Shown piece after piece: positions 56,471 through 64,000 of a stretch of DNA of 64,000 bases; within the stretch, counting starts at the first letter, position 1; every line of letters starts with the position of its first letter. Source of the stretch: Planctomycetota bacterium (GTDB taxonomy: Bacteria > Planctomycetota > B15-G4). The stretch covers positions 96,001 to 160,000 of the forward strand of contig JBBQUR010000007.1 of assembly GCA_038212275.1 (NCBI GenBank), read 5' to 3'. The position numbers and the translations under genes are program-made. The notes below the pieces were generated by a model. That model saw nothing but the letters and a program-made list of their open reading frames with translations. It searched no databases and was not told the DNA's origin.

Positions 56471-56564
56471 CGCGCGCCGCGCATGGCACGCGCGCCGCAC
56501 ACGGCGCGCGCGCCGCACATGGCACGCGCGCCGCACATGGCACGCGCGCCGCACACGGCGCGCG
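56471..56564. repeat. 18-bp tandem repeat x5 (CGCGCGCCGCRCAYGGCR)
   Basis: Counted directly; lies between convergent stops. Confidence 0.92.
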
Positions 56565-56569
56565 ACGAC

Positions 56570-57015
56570 TCAGCCGCCCAGCGGAATCGCCAGCAGCACC
56601 ATCGCCAGCCCGAGGACGGCGACCACGAGTCCCACGACCATGGGCCGCGAGTCGGTGTAATGCGCCCACCCGTAGCCCGCCAGGAACAGCAGCAGGAGCA
56701 GCACGGTGTTCGACACGCGCAGCGCCAGGTGCTCATCGTCGATCAGCAGGAACGGCACGATCCCCGGCACAGCCGAGAGAGCCACCAGGAAGAACACCAC
56801 GACGGCGGCCATGAAGTCCCGCCCGCGCAACCCGACCTTGCCCGTCGCGGCGTTGGCCGCCAGGCCGCGGATCGCCGTGTGCAGCCGCGCGCGATCGGCC
56901 GACGCGATGTCCAGGGGCTCGTCTTCGAGGCCGAACTCCTCTTCCACCACGGCCATGGCCTCCGCCTCGCTGCCCGCGCCCTTGATGGCGCGGTAAAGGC
57001 GCGCGCGCCTGCGCG
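56570..57015 (-). pseudogene. 5'-truncated VIT1/CCC1-like membrane protein
   Basis: VFFLV.....P.IVPFL......ALRVSN......LF..GY.W....IPLGG C-terminal half only. Confidence 0.65.
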
Positions 57016-57581
57016 ACGTGCTGACGCGGATGGCGCGCCTCCGGCGCGCGGGCGCCCTGACCTTCGTCTACCGGATGAACGACGACAACGAGGTCGAGGG
57101 TGTGGACCTCGTCCTTGATGTGCGCGACGGCGAGGCCAGAGACGTGCTGCAGCTCCTCGGCAAGCCGCTGCCGTCGGGCGACGTCAGCGAGGTGCGCTTC
57201 TCGCTGGAGCTGGGCCGAAAGAACTCGGGACCCGACTCGCTGCGCGTGCAGACGCGCAGCACGCTGGAGCTGATGCAGCTCGCGACGCACGGCATCGACG
57301 TGCCGGCCCCGGACCTCGTGGCCGGCATCGCGGCCGGCATCGCGGCCGGCATCGCGCCCGAGCCGACCACCGCGTCGGCAGCAGCCTTTCTCCGCGTGCA
57401 GTCGTCCACCACGAAGCCCGAGGATCCCTTCGTCGCGGTGCAGTATCGCGGGAGCTGGTTCTGGGTGGCGTCCAACGACCTACCCAGCAAGTCGGGCTTC
57501 GTGGCCATGCAGACGCTGCTGCAGAACTGCCTCCACTCCGACACGCCGTCGCGGCCTCAGCTCACTCTGCCGATCCGCTGA
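57005..57581 (+). pseudogene. 5'-truncated conserved hypothetical protein (C-terminal part)
   Basis: VQTRS, VAVQYRGSWFW...DLPSK and PQLTLP; no RBS or N-terminus; internal 12-bp x3 duplication (AGIA). Confidence 0.55.
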
Positions 57582-57599
57582 AGCGCGTGCTGCTCCCGC

Positions 57600-58013
57600 C
57601 CGGCGAGCCGGGCCAGCAACAGCACGACGCCGACCATGAGCGTCAGCGTGGTGAGCGTGCGCGCCAGGAGCTCGGGCGCTCCGCCCGATGCGAGGCTGCC
57701 GAGCTCGGCCGCCACGAGGATCGCCAGCGTGGAGGACGTGCTCACGCTGAGCGGCCGCGACGTGCCGATCAACGCGTAGATCAGCATCGGCACGAAGCAG
57801 GTGGCCAGCCCCACCTGCGGCGGAAGCCCCGGCGATGGACGCATGGGCCATGGCCTTCGGGAGAAACACCGCAGCCGTGATCAATCCGGCGAGCAGATCG
57901 AAGTGCAGCCATTTCTTGCGGTGCCGCACCAGCCACGGAGGCAGCCCGAAGCTCCCGCCGTCGCGCTCCGGGTCGGTCGATCGTGAAGCCGGGGATGACG
58001 GGACATCAGTCAT
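57600..58013 (-). pseudogene. SulP N-terminal fragment, frameshifted and truncated
   Basis: DLLAGLITAAVFLPKAMAHASIAG / frameshift near 57830 / LPPQVGL...YALIGTSR. Confidence 0.82.
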
Positions 58014-58020
58014 GGAATGC

Positions 58021-58110
58021 TCAGCCCCCGAACGCGATCGTCAGGGCCACGAGCGCGAAGCCCAGGAGGACCATCGCCAGACCGTACAGCCAGCGCGACT
58101 GACCGCCTGG
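58021..58110 (-). pseudogene. C-terminal tail of a second VIT-like gene
   Basis: GLAMVLLGFALVALTIAFGG* resembles the end of 56570..57015. Confidence 0.5.
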
Positions 58111-58280
58111 AAGCTGGTCCGGCTCATTCACCGGCTCTCGCTCGAGAATCCGCTCTGGGGTCCAGAGCACATCCGCAACGAGCTGCTCATCCTCGGCCAC
58201 GACGGGCCACGACGGGCCACGACGGGCCACGACGTCGGCGTGTCCACGGTCGCGCGGTACATGGCGCGCCGGCGACCCGA
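58111..58280 (+). mobile_element. Integrase-core/IS transposase remnant
   Basis: RLIHRLSLENPLWGPEHIRNELLILGHD..VGVSTVARYM matches the ENP.WG..RI.GEL..LG..V..STV..Y motif; contains GGCCACGACG x4. Confidence 0.7.
58195..58234 (+). repeat. 10-bp tandem repeat x4 (GGCCACGACG)
   Basis: Perfect copies that create a 30-bp in-frame insertion. Confidence 0.92.
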
Positions 58281-58367
58281 GAGACTGGCCGGAAACGCCG
58301 GCTCGGAGATCCGGCTTCAGTGGGCGTACGACGTTTTCGCGCTCCTCCAACCACGGAACCTCGCGCC

Positions 58368-59879
58368 ATGAGACCCATGCTCTTGCTCGTGCTCGGCCTC
58401 TCTTCATTCCTCGGACTGGGCCTCGGTCCGGGCCTCGGTCCGGACACGACTGCCTCTGCGCAGGGCGGTGGCTTCCACGCCGGGGAACTCTTCTTCTACG
58501 GCGTCGGCGTGCAGTCGCCCGGCTACTCCGGCACCGGCATCCTGCGCGTGGACCCGGTCACGGGCGCGGGCTCGATCCTCACGCCCACGTGGGGCGCCTT
58601 CGATTACACGGGCACCATGGCCTTCGATCCGTACCGGCAGCGCCTGCTGTTCTGCTCGGCCATCACCGGCACCGATCCGTCCCCGTTGCTCTACCTGTGG
58701 GCCGCGGACGGCGCCGGGAATCTGCAGAACCTGAGCGTCGGCGTGCTGCCCAACAACACCGCCATCAACGGACTCGCGCCCACGCGCGACGGACGCATCT
58801 ACTTCACCGAGGGCGACTTCGGCGCGGCCCTGCAGATCCAGTGGCTCGACGCCGCCAACCAGCACCACATCCTGTACGACGCCGACGGCGTCACGCCGAT
58901 GCTCATCGACGGCACCGCGTACTACGACATCAGCGGCATGATCCACGACGCGGGCACCAACGCGCTGTTCGTGGCCTCCCCCACGCCGGCGCCCGGCTTC
59001 CCGCTCGGCGCCGTCAACGTGCGCAAGCTGCCGCTTTCGGCAGACGGGTCGCGCGTCATCGGCCCGGTGGGCAACGCGACCTTCGAGGTCAGCCCGAATC
59101 CGTGGGGCGCGACGAGCGGCGAGACGCCCCGCGGCTGGAGTTACGGCCCGAACGGCGAGCTGATCCTGATCATTCTCAACATCGATGACCACGAGCTGCC
59201 CCGCATGCTGCGCGTGGACCCGGTGACCTCCGCCATCTCCGTGTGGGGCGTCAACGGCGACGACAGCCCGAGTACCGGCAACGCGTGGGCCACGACGACG
59301 GCCGGCGCCTACACCTCCGCGCTCGACAAGGTCGTGGTCGTGGACCAGTCGAACACCAAGGTTCGCGCCTATGCGCAGGGCTCGACGGGCGGCCCCGGCA
59401 CGGTGATCACCTCGAGCCCCGCGTCGTGGGGCGCGGGCGGCTACTACCTGAACATCACCGCGGTGCCGCCCGACGCGTGCTCCGGCGGGTGGATCGCCTA
59501 CGGCCTGGGGCTGAAAGGCAAGGGCAACCTGGTGCCGAAGCTCACGGGCGCGGGCTGCCCGGAGCCTGGCGCGCCGGTGACGCTGCAACTGTCCAACGCG
59601 GTCGGCGGCGCGAGCTCGGTGCTGTTCGTCGGGCTGTCGAAGGCCGCGCTGCCCTTCAAGGGCGGCACCTTCCACGTGAACACATTGCAGCTCAGCTTGA
59701 ACCTTTCGCTCGGCGGCGCGTCGGGCGTGGCCGGCGCCGGCGCGCTCTCGCTGCCGACGGCGCTCCCGGCGCTGCCCGCGCTTTCGGGCATCAGCCTCTA
59801 CCTGCAGGCGGGCTGCGCGGATGCGGCGGCCGTGCAGGGCGTTGCGCTCACGCAGGGCCTGCAGCTCGAGATCGGCTGA
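58368..59879 (+). CDS. Secreted beta-propeller-like protein with C-terminal PFKGG domain (paralog B)
   Basis: Signal peptide; collinear with 40328..41782 (GGF..G.L, FDPYR.RL, DGRI, W.DAAN..H, KL.LSADG.RV.GP, LTQGLQ.EIG). Confidence 0.87.
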   Translation: MRPMLLLVLGLSSFLGLGLGPGLGPDTTASAQGGGFHAGELFFYGVGVQSPGYSGTGILRVDPVTGAGSILTPTWGAFDYTGTMAFDPYRQRLLFCSAITGTDPSPLLYLWAADGAGNLQNLSVGVLPNNTAINGLAPTRDGRIYFTEGDFGAALQIQWLDAANQHHILYDADGVTPMLIDGTAYYDISGMIHDAGTNALFVASPTPAPGFPLGAVNVRKLPLSADGSRVIGPVGNATFEVSPNPWGATSGETPRGWSYGPNGELILIILNIDDHELPRMLRVDPVTSAISVWGVNGDDSPSTGNAWATTTAGAYTSALDKVVVVDQSNTKVRAYAQGSTGGPGTVITSSPASWGAGGYYLNITAVPPDACSGGWIAYGLGLKGKGNLVPKLTGAGCPEPGAPVTLQLSNAVGGASSVLFVGLSKAALPFKGGTFHVNTLQLSLNLSLGGASGVAGAGALSLPTALPALPALSGISLYLQAGCADAAAVQGVALTQGLQLEIG

Positions 59880-59949
59880 CGGAAGGCGCCCGGAGACTTC
59901 CGCTCTCCCGGGGCCCGCCGAGTCGGAGTCACTTCATGCGCGGCGGTGT

Positions 59950-60202
59950 CGTTGCGTCTGCTCGATGGCTCCGAGCAGTCCCGCCAGGCCGTCTCCCCGC
60001 TCCTGGTCGAAGAGGTCTCCTGCTTCACCGCGGGCCGCGAGATCTGCTCGCAGGGTCGCAGCGCGCGGCCGAACAGCTCGGCCATCTGCTGCTGGTTCAG
60101 CCAGATCGTCTCCCGCGCCAGGCGGACATCCACGCGCACCGCTCCGTCCGGGGCCTCGTAGACGATCACCTCGCCACAATCCTCCGACTCGATTCCGCTC
60201 AT
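59950..60202 (-). pseudogene. RhuM/Fic-Doc family remnant with large internal deletions
   Basis: GEVIVYEAPDG.VRVDVRL..ETIWLNQQQMAELFGR is joined out of frame to GEAGDLFDQERGDGLAGLLGAIEQT. Confidence 0.75.
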
Positions 60203-60595
60203 CACGTGGGACTCTCGCAGGACGCGCCAGCGGTTGCAGGGGCTGGGCGCAGGCGGATCATGGCCAAGGCTGGGCTGAGCGTGGGCAATACGAGCGCCAC
60301 AGTCTGCCGCCCGGCGCGCAGACCTCGGTCCGCTCACGTCCCCGGCGACGCTCGGTCAGGCCCCCGCTCACCTCGCTTCTCACCACTCAGATCCCGGCGG
60401 CGGCCGCGCCGGGGGACGACGATCGGGCGCTCGCACTCGACGCCTGTCTCGCGGGCGAGCCTGCGGCCCTCCAGCGCTGGCGCGAGAGTTTCGGCTGGGT
60501 GTGGTGATGCTCGCTTCGAGCGGGCGGCTCGCCAACTCCCGACGGCGCGGCGGGATCAGGCATCCGTGGTCCCACCGGCTGCCGTATGGTGAAGA

Positions 60596-61285
60596 GTGAT
60601 GTCAGCCGCCCGCCGCTCGCCGCTCCCGCAGGACACACTGGCCTCCGCTCCGCCGGGCGTGGTCGCAATACCCGCCGCAGGGGCGCGCTCCGACCTGGCG
60701 GGGGCTGCCGGTGACTCGGCCCAGCCTCGACTCGCAGCGCTCATCGCCCGTATCGGCCGCGCGGACGAGACCGCCCTGCGCGAGCTGTACGAGCTGACGA
60801 GCAGCCGGCTGCACGGCCTCGTGCTGCAGATCGTCCGCGCACCGGCCGCCGCCGAGGACGTCCTGCTCGAGGTGTACCTGCAGGTGTGGCGCCAGGCGCT
60901 GCGCTACGACGCGGCGCAGGCGCCCGTGCTGGCCTGGCTCACGCTGCTCGCGCGCACGCGGGCCATCGATGCGTGGCGCGCGCGCAGCCGGCTGACGCGC
61001 CGAGAGTCGGCGCTCGACGCGCGGCACGACGAACTGCTCGACCCGCAGCCTGATCCGCTCGACCGGAGCATCGGCAGCGAGCACGCGGCCACCGTCCGCG
61101 CCGCGGTCTCCGCGCTGCCCACCGAGCAGCGCCGTGCCATCGAGGCCGCGTTCTTCCGCGGCCTCACCCATACCGAGGTCGCCGAGCTGCTCGACCAGCC
61201 GCTCGGCACCGTGAAGACCCGCATCCGCACGGCGCTGGCGACTCTGCGAGAGTCGCTCGACCGCTGCAGGGAAGGATTCGCATGA
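60596..61285 (+). CDS. ECF sigma-70 factor (SigK-like)
   Basis: DE.AL.ELY, AEDVL.EVYLQVW, AWL....R.RAID and PLGTVKTRIR. Confidence 0.92.
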   Translation: MMSAARRSPLPQDTLASAPPGVVAIPAAGARSDLAGAAGDSAQPRLAALIARIGRADETALRELYELTSSRLHGLVLQIVRAPAAAEDVLLEVYLQVWRQALRYDAAQAPVLAWLTLLARTRAIDAWRARSRLTRRESALDARHDELLDPQPDPLDRSIGSEHAATVRAAVSALPTEQRRAIEAAFFRGLTHTEVAELLDQPLGTVKTRIRTALATLRESLDRCREGFA

Positions 61286-61971
61286 CGCGCCACGCCGAGC
61301 TCGATGATGCCGCCCGCGACCAGGCCGCGCTGGCCGCCATGGACGCCCTGTCCGCCGCCGAGGCCCGGGCCTTCCAGGAGCACGTCGGCGAGTGCGAGCC
61401 GTGCCGCGGGGAGTACCGCGCGATCCGCTCGGTGATGAGCGACCTGGCGCTGATCGCTCCCGAGGTTGCGCCGCCGGAGGGGCTCTGGCCGCGCCTTGTC
61501 GCGAAGCTGCGTGGCCCGACCCCGCCGCAAGATCAGCCGCCGCACAACGGCACGGTGGTGCCCGCGGAGGCGGCAGCTGCGGAGCAGCGCCTGACGCAGA
61601 CCTGGAAGGGCTGGGCTCCCGATGCGTCTCCGGCTGGCCAGCTCTTCGCGTACGTCGCGGCGGATGCCGGCGCGTGGGAGCCCACGGCCGTGGATGGTAT
61701 CGAGGCACGCAGGCTCTTTGTCGATACGGCTGGCGACCGCGTCACCATGCTCGTGCGCATGGCCGCCGGCGCCGGCTACCCGAGCCACGTGCACGCCAGC
61801 GCGGAGGAGTGCTTCGTGCTCTCGGGCGACTTGCGCACCGGCACCGCGCACCTGCGCGAGGGCGACTACCAGCGCGCCGAGGCCGGCAGCATCCATCCGG
61901 TGCAGGTCACGGACGGCGGCTGCGTGCTGCTGCTGGTGTCCTCGCTGCACGACCGGTTGCTGCCCGTCTGA
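61282..61971 (+). CDS. Anti-sigma factor with zinc finger and ChrR-like cupin
   Basis: HVGECEPC (HxxxCxxC); YPSHVH...EEC.VLSG; GSIH. Confidence 0.85.
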   Translation: MTRHAELDDAARDQAALAAMDALSAAEARAFQEHVGECEPCRGEYRAIRSVMSDLALIAPEVAPPEGLWPRLVAKLRGPTPPQDQPPHNGTVVPAEAAAAEQRLTQTWKGWAPDASPAGQLFAYVAADAGAWEPTAVDGIEARRLFVDTAGDRVTMLVRMAAGAGYPSHVHASAEECFVLSGDLRTGTAHLREGDYQRAEAGSIHPVQVTDGGCVLLLVSSLHDRLLPV

Positions 61972-61992
61972 GGCGCGCGTCGCGCGCCGTAC

Positions 61993-63036
61993 TCACTGCG
62001 GGGCCAGCGGCGCGAGCACCTCGAAACTGAGCGACGCCCACAGGCTCTCCCAGTCGGCGGTCGTCGGCGCGGGTGCGGCGTCCGACACGGCAGGTGCCAC
62101 GTCGGCCTGCGTGCCGGGTGGCGCGGGCACCATGTGCACAGCGGTGACCAGCCAGGTGCCCGGGCAGGTCAGCGGCAGGCTCACGCGCCCTTCGGCATCG
62201 GTGCGCGCGTGCAGGCCGATGCCGGCGGGCGCGCCGAACGCGAGAACGGGAGCGGTCTCCGGCGTGGCGTCCGGACCGAGTCCGGTCAGGATCAGCGAGG
62301 CTTTCACGAGCGCTCCGGCCAGCGGCACACCGTCGTGCAGCAGGCGCACGCGGAACGGCGCCACTTCCACGGCGCCTGCGGGCGTGCGCCGAGACAGCGT
62401 CTGCGGATCGGACTCGGCCAGCAGTTCGAGCGGGAAGCCCAGCAGACGGTCGGGGGGCGCGTCCATCGGCGCGGCCTCGTCGCCGCGAACGCAGAGCAGG
62501 GCCTTGGCGCAGCGGGAATAGACCTCGTGGCCGGGTGCGCCCGACGTGCCCGCCGCGGCTCGCGCAGCGAGCACGGCGTCGAGCCCCTCTTCCTGCAGGT
62601 AGGCCTCGAAGCGAGGGGCTTCCAGCTCGAGCCAGGCGCGGTTGCTGCGGTAGCCGAGCACCTGCGGCCCGACCTGCGTCAGCCGCACGAGGCCCGCGGG
62701 CAGAGCGCCATCCCGACCGACGACCCGGACGGCCGGGGCCGCCTCCGCGGCCGTGCCCGTGAGCACGAACGCGACGATGCGCTCCTCACTGCGCGGCACT
62801 GGCTCGCCTTGCGCGTGATCGCCGACGCGCAGGTGTACCGCGAGCACTTCGCCCGGGTGCGGCGCGAAGTGCGCTGGCACGATCCAGAAGTCGTGGGCGC
62901 GCGCGGGGGCGGCGCACAGCGCCCACGCTGCGAGCAGCGCGGCGGCAAGGCGCTGCCCGGGTGGCCGCCGTGTGCGGCGGGGCTGAGCGAGCAGGCGGGT
63001 CGGGCGGCGTTGTGTGTGCGCAGGCATGGGCGGCAT
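61993..63036 (-). CDS. DUF4198-domain secreted protein
   Basis: ARA-HDFWIVP, FEAYL.EEG, YSR.AKAL, RTD.EG, GTWL..VHM and WES.WASL.F. Confidence 0.82.
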   Translation of the reverse strand: MPPMPAHTQRRPTRLLAQPRRTRRPPGQRLAAALLAAWALCAAPARAHDFWIVPAHFAPHPGEVLAVHLRVGDHAQGEPVPRSEERIVAFVLTGTAAEAAPAVRVVGRDGALPAGLVRLTQVGPQVLGYRSNRAWLELEAPRFEAYLQEEGLDAVLAARAAAGTSGAPGHEVYSRCAKALLCVRGDEAAPMDAPPDRLLGFPLELLAESDPQTLSRRTPAGAVEVAPFRVRLLHDGVPLAGALVKASLILTGLGPDATPETAPVLAFGAPAGIGLHARTDAEGRVSLPLTCPGTWLVTAVHMVPAPPGTQADVAPAVSDAAPAPTTADWESLWASLSFEVLAPLAPQ

Positions 63037-63063
63037 CCGTGCGGAGAGACGGTCCTGGTCCTG

Positions 63064-63105
63064 AAAAGACACCGGCGGCGACGCGCGAGCATCGACGCCG
63101 GTGTC
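63064..63105 (-). terminator. Intrinsic terminator after the DUF4331 gene
   Basis: GACACCGGCG/CGCCGGTGTC stem followed by TTTT on the minus strand. Confidence 0.6.
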
Positions 63106-63122
63106 CCCGAGGTCGCGGGATC

Positions 63123-64000
63123 TCAGGCTCCGCCAGGAATCGGGCTGCGGAGGTACGGGAAGGTGCCGTCGAAGAAGGAGGCATCGACTGCTGCACCATC
63201 GGTGTAGGGGAGCTGACCGTCGGGAGCGACCGTGCTGTCGAGAAGTACGCCCATCACGACGCGCAGCGCGATGTCCACGACGTCGTCACCGGGGCGGCGG
63301 CCATTGGGGAAGCCCGCGACATCGCCGGCGATGACGCCGAGCGGGTTCTGCTGCGCGGCGGGCACGGCGGGCGTGCCCGTATTGATCCGCAGCATCTCGC
63401 CCACCGCACCGTTCTCGTTGAGACCGGGAACGCCGGTGAGGAAGGCCTGCACGAGGTCCGCGCGCGGGAACAGATCCGGCGCCCGCACTCCGAAGAGCAC
63501 TTCGAGCAGTTCGGGCAGCACGGGGTTGGTCACGTAGTCGAGGAACTGCGCGTCGTCGGCTGGAACGCTCGCATTGAAGCGGTTCTTGTCCTTGAGGCCG
63601 ATGACCAACTCGTTGACGAGCGGGCTCCCCAGGCGCGAGACCTGCACGAAGCGGCCGCGCTCCTGCGTGGGCTGTTCGAAGGTGGGTGCCTTGACCAGCT
63701 TGCTCGACTGGCGCAGGCTCGCGGTGGTCCACGCGCCAAGCACCGGCTGGCCCGCCACGAGGAAGCTCTTCGGGATCTCGAGCTCGAGCGCCGTGACGTT
63801 CTTGTCCTTCAGGTCGTCCTGCCCGCCGTCGGGCGGCCCGAGCGGGTTGAGGTTCACGAGGTCGAAGGTGGCGCCGAGGCTCACGACGAACGGGTCCTTG
63901 CGCTGGCCCACGAAGACGCGCGCGGGCACGCCGCCGGGCAGGAGCACGTCGTGCACGAAGCCCTGCGCGTACGTCGCATAGTCGGCAATGGTCTTGGGGC
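63123..64000 (-). CDS. DUF4331-domain protein (5' end outside the window)
   Basis: VFVGQRKDPF, QVSRLG.PLVNE and GFPNGRRPGDDVVDI.LR. Confidence 0.88.
   Translation of the reverse strand, partial: PKTIADYATYAQGFVHDVLLPGGVPARVFVGQRKDPFVVSLGATFDLVNLNPLGPPDGGQDDLKDKNVTALELEIPKSFLVAGQPVLGAWTTASLRQSSKLVKAPTFEQPTQERGRFVQVSRLGSPLVNELVIGLKDKNRFNASVPADDAQFLDYVTNPVLPELLEVLFGVRAPDLFPRADLVQAFLTGVPGLNENGAVGEMLRINTGTPAVPAAQQNPLGVIAGDVAGFPNGRRPGDDVVDIALRVVMGVLLDSTVAPDGQLPYTDGAAVDASFFDGTFPYLRSPIPGGA

Noticed and set aside
56471..56564. Possible CRISPR array (also 25066-25125 and 41891-42000)
   Set aside because: Head-to-tail repeats without unique spacers, and no cas genes in the window.
53124..60202. OLD nuclease and RhuM/Fic as an active defence or toxin system
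   Set aside because: Both are short deleted remnants that lack their catalytic regions.

Overview
High-GC bacterial DNA, probably from a Planctomycetota-like lineage (inferred from the style of the secreted proteins; no rRNA marker is present). From left to right: queG and a TatD/EboB-like hydrolase; a minimal Wsp-like chemosensory cassette (CheW, MCP, hybrid CheA, REC-GGDEF); argR and ridA; a secreted PPC-like protein divergent from an O-antigen-ligase/TPR gene; a candidate structured ncRNA; a split NAD synthetase; an ~17 kb Wzm/Wzt surface-glycan locus; a 14-repeat FG-GAP protein; a degenerate tRNA(CAT); nrfHA with a CXXCH-type first heme; a decaying accessory region (sulfatase, DUF3302-HlyD-TolC, SulP, CAX and many deleted gene remnants) bracketed by two inverted paralogous secreted-protein genes; and an ECF sigma/anti-sigma pair with DUF4198 and DUF4331 genes. 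Best novelty candidates: (1) an ~85-aa His-rich domain I cannot name, present 5 times in 3 proteins of the glycan locus, including inside a radical SAM enzyme; (2) an inverted GT4 gene flanked by inverted repeats whose flipping would fuse it in frame to a GT2; (3) a shared C-terminal 'PFKGG' domain on three secreted proteins, a possible sorting signal. All family calls come from motif recognition by eye, not database searches. Start codons are best estimates.
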